From: Candidatus Omnitrophota bacterium | GTDB taxonomy: Bacteria > Omnitrophota > Gorgyraeia > Tantalellales > Tantalellaceae | Assembly (NCBI GenBank): GCA_024277375.1 | Contig: JAJRVD010000062.1 | Span: forward strand, 1 to 55,711 | DNA length: 55,711 nt | Direction: 5' to 3' | Part shown: in pieces, positions 49,598-55,711 of the stretch | Layout: each line of letters begins with the position of its first letter | Numbering within the stretch: the stretch's first letter is position 1 | The notes under the pieces: model-generated | The model's database searches: none | What the model was told of the DNA's origin: nothing | What the model saw: the letters and a program-made list of their open reading frames with translations, nothing else | Position numbers and translations under genes: made by a program

Positions 49598-50401
49598 TTA
49601 CAATTTCCGCACATATCTCGCCCTCCACTCTTTTTCCAGATCCGCGAGACTTCTTATCGAAACTGGATAGGCGAATTTTAGAGAATCCTCTATATTTTTC
49701 CCATCTCTCAGGTTACGGCAGAAATTAATAAATCTTTTTGACCCGTACGCGCCTATTAAAAAGTCAACAAGACTCATTGCTTGCACGTAATAATCGCGTA
49801 CCTTTTCCTCTTTATCTTCCGTCATTATGTTGACGCGTATAAATTCGCTCAGAGGGATAATACCACCTTCGGAATAGATGCGTTTCATTACTTGTTTGAT
49901 CAGTTGCCGCTTTTTAGGCTCCGACCATTGCGCTACACCCTCATCCAGCCACAAAGGAATGTTTTCATTCTCTATCCCCACATAATCCCTGAACATCAAA
50001 TGCGTGATCTCATGAGGCAGGATAGAGATCAAAAAGTCATCACTCTCTTTATACGTGTATATTGATTTCTTAAAATAATTCGCTATACCATGTGACCACT
50101 CGGGATGCGGTCCCGATCGAACATACGACTCCCTATCGGGATATACATAAATTTTAACGCGATTCTGCCACTGCCAGAAATTAGAATATCGTGAATACCC
50201 CAGGTCATCCGCGATACGGTCATAATATTTTTCTGAATCATTCAGAACATCTTTCGGAAAGCCCGCGTCACCCGTGTAATACACGATAAAATGATCGCCT
50301 TTAATTTCCCGCCAAGCGTCACCCCACAACAGAAGACAAGTTGAAATAAATATTGTCGCTATAATAAACGTTCTTATATATCTCATTGCTTTTATTCTCA
50401 A
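49598..50401 (-). CDS. Secreted or membrane-anchored MA-clan zinc metallopeptidase (peptidase_MA_2-like)
   Basis: N-terminal hydrophobic segment. HEITH zinc motif followed by LWLDEGVAQW. Confidence 0.65.
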   Translation of the reverse strand: MRIKAMRYIRTFIIATIFISTCLLLWGDAWREIKGDHFIVYYTGDAGFPKDVLNDSEKYYDRIADDLGYSRYSNFWQWQNRVKIYVYPDRESYVRSGPHPEWSHGIANYFKKSIYTYKESDDFLISILPHEITHLMFRDYVGIENENIPLWLDEGVAQWSEPKKRQLIKQVMKRIYSEGGIIPLSEFIRVNIMTEDKEEKVRDYYVQAMSLVDFLIGAYGSKRFINFCRNLRDGKNIEDSLKFAYPVSIRSLADLEKEWRARYVRKL

Positions 50402-50424
50402 GCCCTTGATCTCAAGTTTACGAA

Positions 50425-51681
50425 CTACTGCGCCATAAAATTAATTTCAAATATTGGAAGAAGCATAGCGATAACAACGAAACCCACCACAAGCCCCATG
50501 GTTAATATCATCACCGGTTCCAAAAAAGATATAAGCACTTTTAGCGCTTCATCCGTATCGCGCTCATAAGTGTCCGCGATCTCCTCAAAAACATCATCGA
50601 ATTTCCCGGACTCCTCGGCAACAATTATCAGATTTACCATAAAAGGCGGTAATATTTTCAATTTCTCAAGAGTCTTACCCAAAGAAGCTCCCTTCTCTAC
50701 TTCACCATAGCATTTGCTTAATTTTCCGCGGATTATATGATTCTGAACCGTCGGGATAGCCAACTCCAGAGTCCTCAGTATCGGTATGCCGCTTTTTATC
50801 AACAGTTCCATTGTCCGGCTAAATCTTGAAAATTCTACCATCTTCACGAAATTTTTAACAACAGGAACATAGAGCCCCAGAAAACTGACCATACGCCTTT
50901 TTATCTCTGTCTTTGAAAATTGTTTCAAAAATATCATCATTGCCAAAACAACCAGAAGCATCCAATACCATTTTTCTCTCAGAAGAGAACTTATCCATAT
51001 GACAACTCTGGTCGGAGTCGGCAGACTTTGCCCCAATTCCGAAAAAAGATGGGTTATGCGCGGCATCACGAATACCAGCATAAAAACAATAGTAGCAATA
51101 CCGACAGCTCCCATAAGCATCGGATATACCATGGCGGTACGTGTCTTGCCCCCGGACTCTTCTTCTCTTCTCCTGTAACCCGCTATCTTAAGAAGAACAA
51201 AATGCAATTTTCCACTATGCTCTCCCGCCTTGGCCATAGAAACATACAGCTTCGGAAAAAGATCGGGAAACCTTTCCAAACTACTTGAAAATGTTTCTCC
51301 CGAACTTATATCGGATGTTATCTTATCTAATACCGTTTTAAACAAAACGTTTTGTGTTTGCCCCGATATGATCCTGATGCTTTTTATTATGGGAACACCA
51401 CTTTTTAAAAGGCTGGAGAGTTGCTGCGTAAATACGGTTATCTCTTTAGACTTTGGCATACGAGCGAACGCCGGCATCGAAAGTAATGGTTTTAAGGCCT
51501 TCAATCTTTTAGTTTTACCTTTGCTTTTCTTCCCCGGCTTACATTCAAATACCTTTATGGGGGTACACCCCAGATCGAGTATTCTCTCGACCGCGGATTC
51601 TTTGGTCGGAGCCTCTATGGTTCCCCTGATATTCCGCGTAGGACCGTCTTTCGCTTCATAAGTAAAATACGCCATTATCAC
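50425..51681 (-). CDS. gspF: T2SS platform protein GspF
   Basis: 418 aa with two T2SSF repeats and 3 TM segments. 4-nt overlap with gspE. Confidence 0.9.
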   Translation of the reverse strand: MIMAYFTYEAKDGPTRNIRGTIEAPTKESAVERILDLGCTPIKVFECKPGKKSKGKTKRLKALKPLLSMPAFARMPKSKEITVFTQQLSSLLKSGVPIIKSIRIISGQTQNVLFKTVLDKITSDISSGETFSSSLERFPDLFPKLYVSMAKAGEHSGKLHFVLLKIAGYRRREEESGGKTRTAMVYPMLMGAVGIATIVFMLVFVMPRITHLFSELGQSLPTPTRVVIWISSLLREKWYWMLLVVLAMMIFLKQFSKTEIKRRMVSFLGLYVPVVKNFVKMVEFSRFSRTMELLIKSGIPILRTLELAIPTVQNHIIRGKLSKCYGEVEKGASLGKTLEKLKILPPFMVNLIIVAEESGKFDDVFEEIADTYERDTDEALKVLISFLEPVMILTMGLVVGFVVIAMLLPIFEINFMAQ

Positions 51682-54005
51682 TCCATATTTTTCATTTCGC
51701 CACGAACATATTTATCAAGATATGCCCTGTCTTTGCTGGATATATCCAGAAAAGATACCGCCACATTATATATCTTACCCTCTTCTATCGTCACAACCCT
51801 CACAACTTTTGCCAGACATTCTACCGGATCATCTCTACCCGGCCCGTCGATCTTTACTTCTATGATCGAATTCGCGGGAGGAGCTTCATTGGACACAAAA
51901 AGAAGCCCTCCCGCCGAAATATTTTTGGTGGCAGCTAAACATTCCGGAGATATTTTTTTCCGGCCATACAAACCTTTGTCCTTAGAATGCTTCATGATCC
52001 TGAAGCGTATACTTAGCCTATCATCCACTCGTGGATACACTCTGCGGCCTATAGGGTCATCATACGACTTGTCTTCTTCCTTCTGTGAATCCTCGAACGA
52101 AACAACTTTTTCCTGAGGCGCCTCTTCGAGTTTGGGCTCTTTCGACGTTTCTTCCGGCGCATCTTCAGGAAGCTTCTCTGTCGTCACTTCGACAGGGGTC
52201 GCGGCCTTCTCTTCAGTCTCGTCGGGAGAAGATCCTATGACGTTTTTCAATTCAACGGCTTCTGCTATTTCACCCATATCCACACCTTCTTCTTTTTGCG
52301 TAACCCTCAAAACCTCGTCCGGAGTAGTTACTCCTTCCAGAACTTTTCTCCATCCGTCCTGCCTGAGCATTTTCATTCCGCTTTTTAAAGCCGCTTTTCT
52401 CACTTCCGTAGTAGAACTTTTTGTCATAATAAGTTGCTGTATGGTCTCATCCACCGTAAGTATCTCATATATGGCTGTACGTCCAAAATAACCGGTGTTA
52501 TTACATTCTGTACAACCTTTGCTCTTAAACAGTTTAACTTCATTCGCGTCTTTCAGATTTACTTCTTTTGCTATCAAATTCTTTACTTCAGGAGAACAAT
52601 CAACACACTCTTCTTTACAATGAGGACAGTTAACTCTTACAAGACGCTGGGCTATGAATGCCAAAACGCTGGAAGAAACCAAATATGGTTCAACGCCTAT
52701 ATTAACCAAACGGGTAATCCCGCTGGCGGCATCGTTTGTATGAAGCGTAGAAAAGACCAAGTGCCCCGTAAGCGCTACCCTTATGGCGATCTCTGCCGTT
52801 TCTCGGTCCCTGACCTCCCCTACCATCATCACATCGGGATCATGTCTCAACATACTTCTTAATCCGCGAGCAAAATCAAGACCTATTTCATTCGCCACTT
52901 GTATCTGGGTTATCCCCGACATCTCATATTCGATAGGATCCTCTATGGTAATTACCTTCCTATCGCTGGTATTGATCTTGCTCAAGCAGGCATACAAACT
53001 GGTGGTCTTACCGCTGCCCGTAGGACCGGTCACAAAGATAATGCCATGCGGCTTCTCTATGAAAGAACTTATTTTATCCAACTGTTCTTCCGCCAGCCCC
53101 AGTTTTACCAGATCAAAGAACATTGTCGTAGGCAGCACCCTTATCACTACACTTTCTCCGAAAGGAGTAGGGATAAAAGATATTCTCAGGTCCAACGCTT
53201 TATCCTGAACTTTAACGATCGCTCTTCCATCTTGAGGTAATCGGCGTTCCACAATATCGAGATTCGCCATTATTTTTATACGTGACAATATTTGCGGAAG
53301 AAAATGCTTAACCTTATCCGGAACGTTAGCGTCATACAAGAGTCCGTCTATCCTGTACCGAAAACCAACTTTTCCCCGGTAGGGCTCAATATGTATATCC
53401 GTGGCTCTTTTGTTGTAAGCTTCCAAAATTATCTGATTAACCAGCTTTATTATGGAAACATCGCCCGCCTCTGTATCTATATCGTCTATTTTTACTTCAG
53501 CATCAGCCTCTTTCTTCTCTTCAGCATATGCCGGGGTACTGGAAATTATTTGCTCTATGGTCTGGGCCCCCACTCCATAAGATGTCTTAACGGCTTCTTC
53601 TATATCGCTCGAAGGCGCAAGCGCCATTTCTACGTCATATCCGACCTGCATCCTTATAGCATCCAGCGTCTTCGTATCAAGCGGTTCGGGTGCCACGATA
53701 GTTAATGTCCTGTTTTCCAATTTAATCGGTAAGATCTTGTAATACGACGCGAGTTTAATGGGAACTTTTTCAATAGCGTCGGAATCGGCATCTATGGAAT
53801 TCAGGTCTATATATCGGAGTTTTAACTTTTGCGCCAAAGCCTCAAGCAGATCTTTTTCAGAGCTTATTTTGTGTTTCACAAGAACCGAAACAAAAGACTT
53901 ACCGCTTTTTTCGGATTCCTTCAATAAAGCCTCTACAATATTCTTTTTCGCGATACCATTTTTTACCAGATGCTCTTCTAGAATAATGTCCGGTTTCTTT
54001 GCCAT
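51678..54005 (-). CDS. gspE: GspE-family secretion ATPase with C-terminal PilZ domain
   Basis: ATG 54005 (GAGGAG upstream) preferred over TTG 54026. T2SSE_N domain, Walker [18 protein letters not shown], acidic linker. The last ~120 aa carry PilZ motifs RVYPR and NISAGG. Confidence 0.85.
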   Translation of the reverse strand: MAKKPDIILEEHLVKNGIAKKNIVEALLKESEKSGKSFVSVLVKHKISSEKDLLEALAQKLKLRYIDLNSIDADSDAIEKVPIKLASYYKILPIKLENRTLTIVAPEPLDTKTLDAIRMQVGYDVEMALAPSSDIEEAVKTSYGVGAQTIEQIISSTPAYAEEKKEADAEVKIDDIDTEAGDVSIIKLVNQIILEAYNKRATDIHIEPYRGKVGFRYRIDGLLYDANVPDKVKHFLPQILSRIKIMANLDIVERRLPQDGRAIVKVQDKALDLRISFIPTPFGESVVIRVLPTTMFFDLVKLGLAEEQLDKISSFIEKPHGIIFVTGPTGSGKTTSLYACLSKINTSDRKVITIEDPIEYEMSGITQIQVANEIGLDFARGLRSMLRHDPDVMMVGEVRDRETAEIAIRVALTGHLVFSTLHTNDAASGITRLVNIGVEPYLVSSSVLAFIAQRLVRVNCPHCKEECVDCSPEVKNLIAKEVNLKDANEVKLFKSKGCTECNNTGYFGRTAIYEILTVDETIQQLIMTKSSTTEVRKAALKSGMKMLRQDGWRKVLEGVTTPDEVLRVTQKEEGVDMGEIAEAVELKNVIGSSPDETEEKAATPVEVTTEKLPEDAPEETSKEPKLEEAPQEKVVSFEDSQKEEDKSYDDPIGRRVYPRVDDRLSIRFRIMKHSKDKGLYGRKKISPECLAATKNISAGGLLFVSNEAPPANSIIEVKIDGPGRDDPVECLAKVVRVVTIEEGKIYNVAVSFLDISSKDRAYLDKYVRGEMKNME

Positions 54006-54025
54006 ATTGCTCCTCTCAGCATTCA

Positions 54026-54059
54026 ATAGGAGGGGCGTATTGCAATACGCCCCTCCTAT
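54026..54059. repeat. Perfect 34-nt palindrome between atpD and gspE (possible terminator or attenuator)
   Basis: ATAGGAGGGGCGTATTG/CAATACGCCCCTCCTAT, 3 nt after the atpD stop. No T-run follows. Confidence 0.7.
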
Positions 54060-54062
54060 ATT

Positions 54063-55586
<1,524 letters not shown>

Positions 55587-55711
55587 TTAATCTCAGTCAC
55601 GCTCCCCCCGACGTCATTACGAGGAGCGACGCAGCAATCTCATAATATCGAATAATATCATCAATCGCTTCGCAAGATTCACGATAACTGCGGATTGTTA
55701 TCCGCTTAATC

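Overview
Chromosomal window from an uncultivated-looking Gram-negative, probably anaerobic bacterium. I do not attempt a phylum call. All calls come from motif and domain recognition by eye; no homology search was possible. About 55 genes, nearly all on the minus strand. Reading the minus strand from high to low coordinates: an F-type ATPase beta subunit; a T2SS-like cluster (gspE with a C-terminal PilZ domain, gspF, an MA-family peptidase, gspG/I/J/K, PilMN-like and PilO-like genes) followed by a large secreted beta-helix protein; a plus-strand ECF sigma/anti-sigma pair; PolX and LigA; a two-component island (3 histidine kinases, 6 single-domain receivers, a PhnD-like binding protein and an EB_dh/DOMON-like protein); a type IV pilus cluster (pilB, pilC, pilin, 4 minor pilins, pilMN, pilO, pilP-like, TPR protein); a plus-strand GT-C glycosyltransferase; a six-gene Rnf/Nqr-type complex with menA and a polyprenyl synthase; a porin-cytochrome pair with its own resB/ccsA; and an HMGL-family synthase fused to a Cache-like domain. 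Two things stand out. (1) Five domain-complete genes (major pilin, PilB, PolX, beta-helix protein, GspJ-like) each carry one in-frame TAA or TAG, with conserved sequence continuing in the same frame. PolX also has an A9 frameshift. All interruptions lie between 22 and 48 kb. (2) A dense family of GTAG-headed hairpin repeats fills most larger intergenic gaps. These are REPIN-like 56-bp double hairpins, often embedded in 170-225 bp MITE-like elements with imperfect terminal inverted repeats. One copy sits inside the nqr operon. No rRNA, tRNA, CRISPR array, transposase or recognisable defence gene was seen.
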